A DNA stretch of 64,000 bases, taken from NCBI GenBank assembly GCA_021737275.1, contig JAIPEE010000015.1, positions 12,772-76,771 on the forward strand. Direction: 5' to 3'. Below the pieces are notes generated by a model, which saw nothing but the letters and a program-made list of their open reading frames with translations, did not search any database and had not been told where the DNA came from. Position 1 is the first letter of the stretch. The number at the start of each line of letters is the position of its first letter. The translations under genes and the position numbers were made by a program. The stretch is from Desulfobacterales bacterium (GTDB lineage: Bacteria; Desulfobacterota; Desulfobacteria; Desulfobacterales; JAIPEE01). This document shows, piece after piece, positions 21,734-31,463 of the stretch.

Positions 21734-22759
21734 TTAAATTCCGGCAAGGTTCATCATCAAAGATTCCATTGCCAGCCGTAAATTTACGTTATATTTCAGC
21801 TTATTCTGCATCTCCTGTACGGCTTTAATTCTGGAGTGCAGATGTTTATCAGTTGTCCTTTGTGAAACATATTGAATTCTGTTGGTCAAGTCCTTATTCA
21901 ATATTTTCTCAGGGTCAGATTGATATACCAGTTGATCCCTGAACCATGTGGTTAATAACAAAAGAATGTCAGGCAACGCTTCCTTATTTGATGCAAGCGA
22001 TTCCGCAAGGGCCAGTATCTGGTTCTTTGGCTTTTCAGCCAGCGTATCAATTTCATTTAAGAGCCAGTTGCGTTTTCTTAGCCATTTGTCAGTTGTCATT
22101 GTAACCGCTTTTATATAGCTGCCTTTTGCAAGAATTGCCACTGTTTTAGCAATGGGCGGTTCAATTTTTATATTGTTTATAAGAAGGTGCTCAACTCCCT
22201 GATTGGAAAGCGGGTTAAATCGAATATGCTGACATCGGGATAAAATGGTGGGCAGAAGGTTTGTCGGTTGTCCTGTAGTCAGGATAAAAATGGTTCGATC
22301 CGGTGGCTCTTCCAGTGATTTTAAAAGTGCATTTGCCGATTCAGGGTTCATGGTATGTGCTTCAGAAATAATGACAACCCGCATTTGTGCTTCATAGGGC
22401 CTCATGGAGATGGTTTCAAGGAGTTCACGGATCTGGGCAATTCGAATGATTGGGCCGGAAGGATTTACCTGTATGATATCCGGGTGATTTTCAGAAAGAA
22501 TTCTTTTACAGGACTTGCAGTTGCCACATGGGGAAAAGATATTATTTGGCACCTGACCGCTCCGGGTTTCTCCGGTGTTTTTTTTTGAATGTAAATCACC
22601 GCAGTTGCAAGCCATAGCAAAGAGCATGGCGCAAGTACGTTTGCCAATACCCTCAATTCCTGAAAAAAGGAGGGCGTGCGGAACAGCACTGTTTTGAATC
22701 AGTGTGGATAAAATACGGACAGGTCGATCCTGATCAATTATCTGTTCGGTTTTGATCAC
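21734..22759 (-). CDS. holB: DNA polymerase III subunit delta'
   Basis: AAA+ clamp-loader fold (HALLFSGIEGIGKRT), Zn module CGNCKSC, and SRC motif (LSRCQHIRF). Confidence 0.9.
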   Translation of the reverse strand: MIKTEQIIDQDRPVRILSTLIQNSAVPHALLFSGIEGIGKRTCAMLFAMACNCGDLHSKKNTGETRSGQVPNNIFSPCGNCKSCKRILSENHPDIIQVNPSGPIIRIAQIRELLETISMRPYEAQMRVVIISEAHTMNPESANALLKSLEEPPDRTIFILTTGQPTNLLPTILSRCQHIRFNPLSNQGVEHLLINNIKIEPPIAKTVAILAKGSYIKAVTMTTDKWLRKRNWLLNEIDTLAEKPKNQILALAESLASNKEALPDILLLLTTWFRDQLVYQSDPEKILNKDLTNRIQYVSQRTTDKHLHSRIKAVQEMQNKLKYNVNLRLAMESLMMNLAGI

Positions 22760-22763
22760 AAAA

Positions 22764-23039
22764 TTAGTAATCTACCCGTTTTTTCAACTCTTTTCCTGGC
22801 TTGAAAAAAGGGAGTTTTTTGGGTTTAATGACAACTTTATCTCCGGTTTTAGGATTTCTGCCTGTATAGCTTTTATATTCCTTTACAAAGAAACTGCAGA
22901 GTCCGCGAATTTCCACACGGCTGTCCTTTGCCATGGCATCAGACATTGTATCAAAAAAGAGCTGTACGATCTTTGCCGCTTCTGATTTTGAAATATTAGC
23001 TTCGGTTTTTAAGGCGGAAATAAGCTCCAGCTTGTTCAT
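22764..23039 (-). CDS. Integration host factor / HU family DNA-binding protein (IHF-beta-like)
   Basis: 91 aa with the GRNPKTGDKVVIKPKKLPFFKPGKELKKRV arm motif. Confidence 0.85.
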   Translation of the reverse strand: MNKLELISALKTEANISKSEAAKIVQLFFDTMSDAMAKDSRVEIRGLCSFFVKEYKSYTGRNPKTGDKVVIKPKKLPFFKPGKELKKRVDY

Positions 23040-23214
23040 TGATCCTCCTTTTCACAATCGGTGAAGCGTGTTCAAACGTTATTAATATAAATAATCCGTT
23101 GTCGGTATTTCGATCAAATTTGTGTGCCTGTTTTCTGTAACTGAATCTATTAGCATAACTTGATGAAAAGTCAAGTACTTATACTATGTTCGGGCTTAAT
23201 CCGGTGGAATAGTC

Positions 23215-23730
23215 TCAAGGAATAATTTCAATATCCGACTCGCCCACCTCAACACCGGCAAACTGGCCAAGTGCATCAATGTGAACAACAACACGGCCCT
23301 GGCCCCGAAATTGAGAAAACTCACCTGTTACGCCTGTAAAAGGCCCTGATATAACAATAACCTTATCTCCTTTTTCAAACCGGGCGCCGGTAAATATCTG
23401 CCGGTCAGAACTGACCATGAGGCTAAGAGATTCTATTGTGTCAGACGGGACCGGTATCGGTCCGTCCTTGTTGCCGATAAATCGCACAACGCCGGCAGTT
23501 TTAAGAACTTCTAGCTGTTGTCTTGGATCCAGCCCTGTTTTTACAAAAACATATCCCGGGAACAGGGGTACCCTGAGTACAACCTTTCTGTCACGGCGTT
23601 TACTCGGTGTTTGAATTTTTGGGAGGAAAGCGTCAAATGATTTTTTCAAAAGCCCTTCATTTACAACATTTTCAAAACGGCTTTTTGTATGAAGCACATA
23701 CCATGAGGGAATTAATTTGTCTCGTACCAT
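23215..23730 (-). CDS. NusG-family paralogue (NGN plus KOW domains; RfaH/UpxY-like specialised antiterminator)
   Basis: WYVLHTKSRFE...LFPGYVFV (NGN domain) and GDKVIVISGPFTGVTGEF (KOW domain). Not in the secE-nusG-rplK context expected for housekeeping nusG. Confidence 0.8.
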   Translation of the reverse strand: MVRDKLIPSWYVLHTKSRFENVVNEGLLKKSFDAFLPKIQTPSKRRDRKVVLRVPLFPGYVFVKTGLDPRQQLEVLKTAGVVRFIGNKDGPIPVPSDTIESLSLMVSSDRQIFTGARFEKGDKVIVISGPFTGVTGEFSQFRGQGRVVVHIDALGQFAGVEVGESDIEIIP

Positions 23731-23749
23731 AAGAATATCTCAAGTCATT

Positions 23750-23938
23750 TCAGCATCTGCTGCCACAAATGCATATATTTTCTGTCTTTAAAGTTCTGCC
23801 ATTTAGATCAATATTTTTAATCGTAATTCCTGATTTAAAAGGCTGATAAAATCTATAATTACAATTTGGAAATTTTAAACAAATATCATACGTTTTTTTA
23901 AAATAATCAATACTTAACATACTTTCCGTATTTGTCAT
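23750..23938 (-). CDS. Possible small Cys-containing protein (62 aa) overlapping the lptD stop codon
   Basis: The ATG overlaps the lptD TGA (gtGATGAca). The frame stays open through very AT-rich DNA, where stop codons should be frequent. No homology was recognised. Confidence 0.25.
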   Translation of the reverse strand: MTNTESMLSIDYFKKTYDICLKFPNCNYRFYQPFKSGITIKNIDLNGRTLKTENICICGSRC

Positions 23939-26388
23939 CACTCTGTATCTTCAGTTCCGGAAAAATTGTCCCAGAGGCCCTGGACGCTGCTGCCGGCCAG
24001 TTCATTCCGGACATGGCCAAGACCCATGAGGTCAATCATAAACATGTACCGTCTGTCGCTTTTTTCTTCGGTATAGTTTACATCGACAGACCAGCACTGG
24101 CTTTTGTAGATAATTCCAGTACTTGTTTTAAGGGTAATATCATCAAGCAGGTTCTTTTCATATTCACTATAGACGCCCCAGCGATCAGTGAGGTTTATAA
24201 AAAGATTTGTATAGATGGATTCCTTTTCATCGTGTTCATACCTGTGCTCTACAAACAACTTGTCATTTCTGTTATCTTTAAGCGTAACGGATATGTTGTG
24301 AGATATCAGCTTGTCCTTATAGTGGTCCCAACTGGCATCGGCCTTGAGGTTCAGGTAGTCTTTTGGGGTAAGTTCAAGTTCGCCGTACAGATCATCCCAC
24401 GGTTTTCGATCACCCTCATCCTCTATCAGACCTGACTCGTTTTCTTCGTTAAAATCATATTTCTGCTCAAGCTTAAAACGGCAAAACTGATTGTATGTGT
24501 ATGATGGTGGAATATAATTCGTACCGGCCCCTGTAACAACCGGCCCGGTTTCTTTATTGCTTTTATCTGAACCATCATCTTCAAACGTTGGTGTTTCTTC
24601 AGGGCCCCTGAGGATTCTTGATGTAAACAGGTTCGTCAGTCGGAATGTGAGGCTATTTTCTTTTTCAATTCGGTCAATTTCATCAAAATCGGGGAGATTA
24701 TTCTGGTCTACATTAGGAATATAATCGTATATGATCCTAGGCTGAACAGTATGCTTAACCGCATTAATCCGTTCTCCGTCAAGATCAAAAATACTGTAAA
24801 GTTCGGAAAGCAGATCCAGTTTTATATCCGGTATACTGCGGTGCCGGGTTGTATAATCTTGTGACGTATCTGTATGTTCAGTTCGCCAGAAAGTTTGACG
24901 TGTACCGACAGAAGGTTCGAATTCAAGGTAATGTTTCAGGTTCATCGGCAGATAGAGACGCGGATGGATATCGGTCCGGTGCCCTCTTTCACCGTCATCC
25001 CTGTAAAAATAGTTATAATCGGCGTTTGCATCAACATAAAACGGAGTTTTATAAACCTGCTGTTTTAAAGCATCATACGTGATACTCGGCAGTTGCTGAA
25101 GGGTTTTGTTATTAAGCTCGGTGTTCTGTCGCTTGATAACATTATCATACCACCTGAATTCAGCATTGAGGCTGTGAAGTGCCCAGCTCTTGTTAAAGTT
25201 TAAAGAGTTGACCCTTGTCGTATCATTGTAGTCATCCAAACCTCTTCCAAAAGTATCTTCATAGTATTCATCAGACGTGTCAAAGCCGGTATAAAAATCC
25301 CTGAACTCCTTCAGGTAGTCCTGGTCACTGACAATATCAAGGTCAAGCTTACCGGTAATTCCAAGCGGCAACATTCGGTCATTCTTCATCCTGAACCAAT
25401 AGCGGTCAGTGTTGGTGCGGAGATACTTATCATCATCATATCCCCAGTCTTCACTGGAAGTACCGGTGCCGTCATCTATCTGTTTGTCATCCAGATAATT
25501 AAACATGACTGTCCCTTTGGCATTTTCATCCAAGAGATAACGATATTCAGCACCATGCTGGAGACCTCTGTTGTCCATATAGTGCTCGTAAAAAGTTGCA
25601 TCACTGCTATCATTAATGGCCCAGAACAGGGGCTGTAGTAATTCTGCACCCTTCCTGTCGGAATATGCAAACTGGGGTTGCAGGAGACCGGATTGTCTTT
25701 CAATTTTTACAGGAAAAAAAAGGTAAGGCGTATAAAGTAGTGGAACTCTTCTTGCCCAGAGAGCCGCATGGCCGGCATGGCCATATCCTTCGATGGTAAC
25801 ATCGATACGCCGGCTTGTGATTTTCCAGGCCGGTTTGTCTCCATCACAGGTTGTGGCGGTTGCATCTTCAATAAAATAGGTCTGTTCTCCTGTTTTTGCA
25901 ATTTTGCTACCCTTGATATAAAAATGATTATCCGAAATAAAGACAGTGCCGTCATAAACGATACCCGTTTCACTATTCAGATCCATTTCCATCCGTTGAC
26001 CTTCAAGTATATCTTTTCCGGAATCAAGCTTTACATTGCCGGATGCCATTATGGTCATTGCTTTCTGATCAAAGCGAATAAGATCAGCAGAGATCTGTTT
26101 ATTCTTTTTAGAAATAACAACATTGCCATTTGCAATATATTGATCATTGGTGCGATCGTATTCAATCTCATCAGCAGCAATGTGCCAGGGTATTTGGGGT
26201 GAGTTTTCAAACAGACTGGAGGCGGAATAATCACCGGCCAGACTTATTTGGGCCAATGTTAAAAAACATAAAATTATTACCGGCAGTTGTGAAAAGAAAC
26301 GGCAGAAGGCTTGCTTATTAATATTTCCAATAGAAGTATTTATACAAAAAGGTTTGAGTATGTTTCTAATCGTATATCGTTCAGGCAT
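23938..26388 (-). CDS. lptD: LPS-assembly protein LptD (OstA family)
   Basis: 816 aa with the N-terminal OstA domain (ADLIRFDQK...GNVKL...TTCDGDKPAWKI...VPLLYTPYLFFP) and a large beta-barrel region. Confidence 0.9.
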   Translation of the reverse strand: MPERYTIRNILKPFCINTSIGNINKQAFCRFFSQLPVIILCFLTLAQISLAGDYSASSLFENSPQIPWHIAADEIEYDRTNDQYIANGNVVISKKNKQISADLIRFDQKAMTIMASGNVKLDSGKDILEGQRMEMDLNSETGIVYDGTVFISDNHFYIKGSKIAKTGEQTYFIEDATATTCDGDKPAWKITSRRIDVTIEGYGHAGHAALWARRVPLLYTPYLFFPVKIERQSGLLQPQFAYSDRKGAELLQPLFWAINDSSDATFYEHYMDNRGLQHGAEYRYLLDENAKGTVMFNYLDDKQIDDGTGTSSEDWGYDDDKYLRTNTDRYWFRMKNDRMLPLGITGKLDLDIVSDQDYLKEFRDFYTGFDTSDEYYEDTFGRGLDDYNDTTRVNSLNFNKSWALHSLNAEFRWYDNVIKRQNTELNNKTLQQLPSITYDALKQQVYKTPFYVDANADYNYFYRDDGERGHRTDIHPRLYLPMNLKHYLEFEPSVGTRQTFWRTEHTDTSQDYTTRHRSIPDIKLDLLSELYSIFDLDGERINAVKHTVQPRIIYDYIPNVDQNNLPDFDEIDRIEKENSLTFRLTNLFTSRILRGPEETPTFEDDGSDKSNKETGPVVTGAGTNYIPPSYTYNQFCRFKLEQKYDFNEENESGLIEDEGDRKPWDDLYGELELTPKDYLNLKADASWDHYKDKLISHNISVTLKDNRNDKLFVEHRYEHDEKESIYTNLFINLTDRWGVYSEYEKNLLDDITLKTSTGIIYKSQCWSVDVNYTEEKSDRRYMFMIDLMGLGHVRNELAGSSVQGLWDNFSGTEDTE

Positions 26389-26650
26389 TTATCAATTGAT
26401 TCTCTTTGTTCTTCCTGTATTGGTTCAATATAAATCAGCAGCTGTCAGCACTTTACATGTTTATTATTTTAAAAATTGTAATAACCTGTTAAACTTAACA
26501 AATTTTTTTATTTATATCTTACCTGCTTGAAAAATCAAGGCGTTGTTGAAAATAGCCTCTTTAATTCTTTATGAAATTGATGTAATATCATTTATTTAAA
26601 TTTTTGGTTGTAAAAAATCGGGTATTTTGCACCCGGATAGTGAAATGTTG

Positions 26651-27412
26651 ATGAACATTCTTTTGACAAATGATGATGGCATATTTGCGCCAGGCCTCTG
26701 GGCATTGCACAAACAATTTTCAGCAAACCATGATATAACTGTTGTTGCGCCGGACAGGGAGCGAAGCGCCATCGGCCATGCCATTACACTTCATGAACCG
26801 TTGAGGCAGACATTTATGACGGTTAACGGGTATGGAGAGGGCTATGCCGTAAACGGTACACCTGCGGATTGTGTCAAGCTTGCGATAACTGAATTGCTTG
26901 ATGTTAAACCCGATATTGTTATTTCCGGCATCAACCCCGGTGCCAACGCCGGTGTCAATTTGAACTATTCGGGCACCGTATCGGCTGCCAGAGAAGCAGC
27001 GTTGAGCGGTATTGATGCTATTGCTGTTTCAATGTTCGGTTTTAATATAACGCATTTTGATGTTGCAGCAGGATTTATTGATAAACTGGCGCTGCAATTT
27101 AAGAATAACCGTTTGTCGTTTGGAACCTTTTTGAATGTTAATGTCCCGGATCTGCCGGAGGTCGAAATTAAAGGCGTTGATGTGACCCGGCAGGCCGCAA
27201 CGCGTGGAAATGAGTATTTTGAAACGCGGGTGGATCCCAGAAATCGTAAATATTACTGGCAGGGGCTTGAGCATCTGCCTGAGACGGAATCACTCGATAC
27301 GGATCTTGCTGCAATTTGCAATAACAGGATCTCCATTACACCGATCAAGTGCGATATGACGGATTACAGCCTCATGGATACCCTTCAGACATGGGAGCTG
27401 ACCGGCTCATGA
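26651..27412 (+). CDS. surE: 5'/3'-nucleotidase SurE
   Basis: MNILLTNDDGIFAPGL..., SGINPGANAG and YSGTVSAAREA motifs. Confidence 0.93.
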   Translation: MNILLTNDDGIFAPGLWALHKQFSANHDITVVAPDRERSAIGHAITLHEPLRQTFMTVNGYGEGYAVNGTPADCVKLAITELLDVKPDIVISGINPGANAGVNLNYSGTVSAAREAALSGIDAIAVSMFGFNITHFDVAAGFIDKLALQFKNNRLSFGTFLNVNVPDLPEVEIKGVDVTRQAATRGNEYFETRVDPRNRKYYWQGLEHLPETESLDTDLAAICNNRISITPIKCDMTDYSLMDTLQTWELTGS

Positions 27413-27467
27413 GCTTTATATATTTTGAACACGACGACGTTTAACCTGGTAAAAAAGGAACCGATGA

Positions 27468-28424
27468 ATGAAAAAACAGTTTATGGATACGTTGAGTGCC
27501 GGTGATCTGGTTGATGACCTTTTCGCCCTTGCCGAGAAAACAATTGCCCGGAAACGTGACGGCAATAATTACATGAATGTCAAGCTTCAGGACAAAACCG
27601 GTAATATTAAAGGTGTTGTCTGGGATAATGTTGATCAGATTTCTGAAAATGTCTCTTCAGGTGATGTGGTCCATGTGCAGGGCAGCGTTTCGGAATACAA
27701 AGGTGTTCTTCAACTGGTTGTAAAATCAATGAGTCCTTGTGATGGGGGCCGGATCGATCCGGCCGATTTTCTTCCGGCCACCAGTCGTGATATCGGGAAA
27801 ATGTTTGATCGGCTTTTAACGATCATTGAAACTGTTGAATCTGAAGATATTAAAAACCTGCTTGACGCTTTTTTCAAAGATCCGGAATTTGTAAAAAAAT
27901 TTAAAACTGCGCCGGCCGCCAAGCTGATGCATCATGCCTATATCGGCGGATTGCTTGAGCACACCCTGTCCATGTCAATTCTTGTGGACAAGGTGGCGGG
28001 GCATTACGGTCAGGTGGACAGGGACTTGTTACTTGCAGGGGCCATGCTGCATGATATCGGTAAGATTAAGGAGCTTGAGTATGATCTTCAGATAGATTAT
28101 TCCGATCAGGGCAGAATGCTGAGCCATATCATTATCGGTGTAGAGATGATTAATGAGAGACTTGCAACGATAGATGCTTTTCCTGAAGAGAAGGCATGCC
28201 TCCTCAAGCATATGATTATCAGTCATCATGGATCCCGTGAATTTGGTTCTCCGGAACCGCCCAAAACAATAGAGGCTGTTCTCCTTAATTATATTGATGA
28301 GATGGATGCCAAAGTAACTGCAATCCGGAATTTTATGGCTGGAGAAGATGAAAACGCATCGTGGACCGCTTATCACCGTTTGCTGGGACGCCATTTTTAT
28401 ATGGGCAACAGGAAAGAAAACTGA
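27468..28424 (+). CDS. OB-fold plus HD-domain 3'-5' exoribonuclease (YhaM-like)
   Basis: N-terminal OB fold (KLQDKTGNIKGVVWD) and HD domain (HHAYIGGLLEHT...MLHDIGK...ISHHG). Confidence 0.8.
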   Translation: MKKQFMDTLSAGDLVDDLFALAEKTIARKRDGNNYMNVKLQDKTGNIKGVVWDNVDQISENVSSGDVVHVQGSVSEYKGVLQLVVKSMSPCDGGRIDPADFLPATSRDIGKMFDRLLTIIETVESEDIKNLLDAFFKDPEFVKKFKTAPAAKLMHHAYIGGLLEHTLSMSILVDKVAGHYGQVDRDLLLAGAMLHDIGKIKELEYDLQIDYSDQGRMLSHIIIGVEMINERLATIDAFPEEKACLLKHMIISHHGSREFGSPEPPKTIEAVLLNYIDEMDAKVTAIRNFMAGEDENASWTAYHRLLGRHFYMGNRKEN

Positions 28425-28426
28425 GT

Positions 28427-29059
28427 ATGTTTATTACACTTGAGGGAATTGAAGGATCCGGTAAGACAACACAGATGGAAAACATGGTCGCCTTTCTGGA
28501 AAACAGAGGCCATTCCTGTGCCGTAACCAGGGAGCCGGGCGGTACACCCATTGGCCGGAAGATCCGGTCAATACTACTGGATCCTGAAAGTAAAGGAATG
28601 GATCCGCTTACCGAGCTGATGCTTTATATGGCGGACCGGGCGCAACATATCAAAACAGTCGTTTTACCGGCAATGAAGGACGGAAAAATAATTTTGTGCG
28701 ACCGTTATTTTGATGCTACGCTTGTGTACCAGGGTATGGCACGCGGTCTTGATGTTGATCTGATTAATAATCTTCATAATATGGTGCTTGACGGATTGAA
28801 GCCTGATATCACCTTTCTGCTCGATCTTCCCCCCGAAGTGGGGCTTTCCCGGGCCTGGAAACAGATAAACAGTGGTGACCGGACAGGAAGTGAAACCCGG
28901 TTTGAAAACGAGAAACTCGCATTTCATGAAAAGGTCAGGGCCGGTTATCTTGAGCTTTCAAGACTTGAACCTGACCGCTACAATGTGGTAGATGCAGTGC
29001 AAAGTGCCGAATTGGTGCAACGGTCGATTGAAAGCGTACTTTCATCTTTTATTAAATGA
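28427..29059 (+). CDS. tmk: Thymidylate kinase
   Basis: MFITLEGIEGSGKTTQ P-loop, DRY motif (CDRYFDATLVYQG), and an ATG 3 nt after the upstream stop. Confidence 0.93.
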   Translation: MFITLEGIEGSGKTTQMENMVAFLENRGHSCAVTREPGGTPIGRKIRSILLDPESKGMDPLTELMLYMADRAQHIKTVVLPAMKDGKIILCDRYFDATLVYQGMARGLDVDLINNLHNMVLDGLKPDITFLLDLPPEVGLSRAWKQINSGDRTGSETRFENEKLAFHEKVRAGYLELSRLEPDRYNVVDAVQSAELVQRSIESVLSSFIK

Positions 29060-29155
29060 TGATTACTGGTACATAAGGATCGGGTGTTTAATATACTCCG
29101 GCCCGGAACCTGAAGCGGATATTGGTTTTAAAAGGTAAACTTAACAGGAAATAAA

Positions 29156-31432
29156 ATGAGCTACTCAATTCTGGATGCCATCGGTAATACACCGCTGGTT
29201 GAGATAAAACATCTGAATCCCAATCCCAAAGTCCGGATTCTTGCAAAGTTGGAATATATGAATCCGGGTGGATCAGTCAAGGACAGGGCCGCACTTTATC
29301 TGATTGAAGCAGGAGAAAAATCCGGAGAACTAACCCATGAAAAGATAGTTATCGAAGCAACCAGCGGGAATACAGGTATCGGGCTGGCTATGGTTTGCAG
29401 TGTAAAAGGTTACCGGCTTTTGCTGGCGATGTCTGACGCGGTGAGTATCGAGCGGAGAAAAATCCTTAAGGCACGCGGCGCAGATATTCTTTTGACCCCC
29501 GGACATCTGGGAACGGATGGCGCCATAGAAGAGGTTTACAGGCTGGCAAGAGAAAATCCGGATAAGTATTATATGGCAGATCAGTATAATAGTGAAGCCA
29601 ATTGGAAAGCTCATTATAATGGCACTGCAGTAGAGGTATGGGATCAAACGGATGGTGCGGTGACAACGCTTGTTGCAACCATTGGAACCACAGGCACGCT
29701 TATGGGGATGTCGCGGCGACTCAAGGACTATAATCCGGACATCCGCATTGTTGGCGTCGAGCCGTACCTGGGACACAAGATTCAAGGCCTTAAAAATATG
29801 AAAGAGGCCTACTGCCCTGAAATATACAATAAAAAACTGCTTGATGTAAAAGTTAATATTGATGATGAAGATGCCTTTGAAATGGCACGGAACCTTGCCA
29901 GGGTAGAGGGGTTGTTTGTCGGCATGAGCAGCGGGGCTGCAATGGCCATTGCGGTTAAGGAAGCCGAAAAGATGGAAGAGGGCACCATTGTGGTTATGTG
30001 CCCTGACAGCGGTGAAAGGTACCTGAGCACCACTCTTTTTGCCGAGCAGGAAAAGATCGAGATGCGGGTGTTCAATACCATGAGCCACTCCAAGGAACCA
30101 TTTGATCCGATTCATCCGGGAAAAGCCTCTGTATACTCCTGTGGCCCAACGGCTTATGCCCCTATACATCTCGGTGAGGCCAGACGGTTTATCTTTTCAG
30201 ATATTTTATGCCGCTATCTTGAATTCCGAGGGTATGATGTCAATCACATCATGAATATTACGGATCTGGATGATAAAACCATCATTGATTCTGAAAAGGC
30301 CGGCAAACCGATAGAAGCATTTACGGGTGAACATATTGCATCATTCAAGAGGGATCTTAAATCTCTTGGCATAAAACCGGCCGCAAAATATCCACTGGCC
30401 AGTGAGCATGTAGAAGATATGGTCCAGCTGGCAGACAAGCTTACACAGAAGGGTTATGCATATGAAAAACTCCGGTCGCTCTATTTCAATATTTCCCGAT
30501 TTCCTGAATATGGCCGCCTGTCCGGCATTGATCTGGACAAAATAAAGCTTGGCGCCACTGTGGATCTTGATGAGTATGAAAAGGAAAATCCCAGGGATTT
30601 TACGTTGCTCAAACGATCAAAGCTTTCCGAACTCAAAAGAGGTATCTATGCCAAAACGGCCTGGGGAAATGTAAGACCCTCATGGCATATCCAATGCCCG
30701 GCCATTTCCATGAAACATCTGGGTGAGCGTTTTGATATCCATACCAGCAGCAGGGAGCTTGTATTCCCCCACCATGAAAATGTTCATGCCATTGCATCTG
30801 CCGTAACCGGTAAACCACTGGTTAAATACTGGATGCACTGTGATAATGTTATGGTTGAGGGCAAGCAGATTGGCGATAAAGGTGACCGGATTACCTTAAA
30901 AGATTTAACGGATAAAGGCTATACGCCAAGGGATATTCGCTACTGGCTACTGGCGACACATTACAGAAAGCCTGTTATTTATTCTGAAAGTAGTCTGGCC
31001 AATACAAGTCAGGCGCTTAAGCGGCTGGATACATTTATTGCAAGTCTTAAAAATCATAAATCGGGCTCTGAATACCAGGACCTTGATCAATTGTTATATG
31101 ATATAAGAAACGGGTTCATTCGTGCGATGGATGATGATCTTAATATGTCTGCAGCGCTGGCATCGTTGTTTAAAATCGTAAAAAAGGTCAACATTCTTAT
31201 GTTTGAAGGCGGCATTGATAAAGATGGCGCCCTGAAGGTTGCAGGGATATTCAATGATATTGATTCAGTGCTGAATATTTTTTCAATGAAAAAAAATATT
31301 GCAGACAATAATGTTGAAAATCTTCTTGAAAAAAGAGAACAGGCAAGAAGGGAGAAAAAATTTGAACTTGCCGATTTGCTTCGCAATCAGCTTCTGGATA
31401 TGGGCGTAGAAGTAAAGGATGAAAAAATTTAA
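29156..31432 (+). CDS. Fusion protein: cysteine synthase (PLP fold type II, CysK/CysM-like) plus a cysteinyl-tRNA-synthetase-like domain with degenerate HIGH/KMSKS motifs
   Basis: Residues 1-300 carry SVKDR, TSGNTG and GTTGT. Residues about 305-758 align with CysRS from memory (SCGPT, WHIQCP, FPHHEN, AMDDDLN). HIGH is HLGE and no KMSKS is recognisable. One uninterrupted ORF. Confidence 0.85.
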   Translation: MSYSILDAIGNTPLVEIKHLNPNPKVRILAKLEYMNPGGSVKDRAALYLIEAGEKSGELTHEKIVIEATSGNTGIGLAMVCSVKGYRLLLAMSDAVSIERRKILKARGADILLTPGHLGTDGAIEEVYRLARENPDKYYMADQYNSEANWKAHYNGTAVEVWDQTDGAVTTLVATIGTTGTLMGMSRRLKDYNPDIRIVGVEPYLGHKIQGLKNMKEAYCPEIYNKKLLDVKVNIDDEDAFEMARNLARVEGLFVGMSSGAAMAIAVKEAEKMEEGTIVVMCPDSGERYLSTTLFAEQEKIEMRVFNTMSHSKEPFDPIHPGKASVYSCGPTAYAPIHLGEARRFIFSDILCRYLEFRGYDVNHIMNITDLDDKTIIDSEKAGKPIEAFTGEHIASFKRDLKSLGIKPAAKYPLASEHVEDMVQLADKLTQKGYAYEKLRSLYFNISRFPEYGRLSGIDLDKIKLGATVDLDEYEKENPRDFTLLKRSKLSELKRGIYAKTAWGNVRPSWHIQCPAISMKHLGERFDIHTSSRELVFPHHENVHAIASAVTGKPLVKYWMHCDNVMVEGKQIGDKGDRITLKDLTDKGYTPRDIRYWLLATHYRKPVIYSESSLANTSQALKRLDTFIASLKNHKSGSEYQDLDQLLYDIRNGFIRAMDDDLNMSAALASLFKIVKKVNILMFEGGIDKDGALKVAGIFNDIDSVLNIFSMKKNIADNNVENLLEKREQARREKKFELADLLRNQLLDMGVEVKDEKI

Positions 31433-31463
31433 GGTCAGGTTATTTTCTTAATCTTAATCCGGT

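Noticed and set aside
28361-28426. 22-codon N-terminal extension of thymidylate kinase overlapping the YhaM-like gene
   Set aside because: The Tmk P-loop N-terminus MFITLEGIEGSGKTT starts at 28427, 3 nt after the upstream stop. The extension is an out-of-frame read of the preceding gene.
29330-30169. 279-aa ORF antisense to the cysteine synthase part of the fusion gene
   Set aside because: It is a shadow ORF opposite a strongly supported CDS, with no recognisable domain and odd composition.
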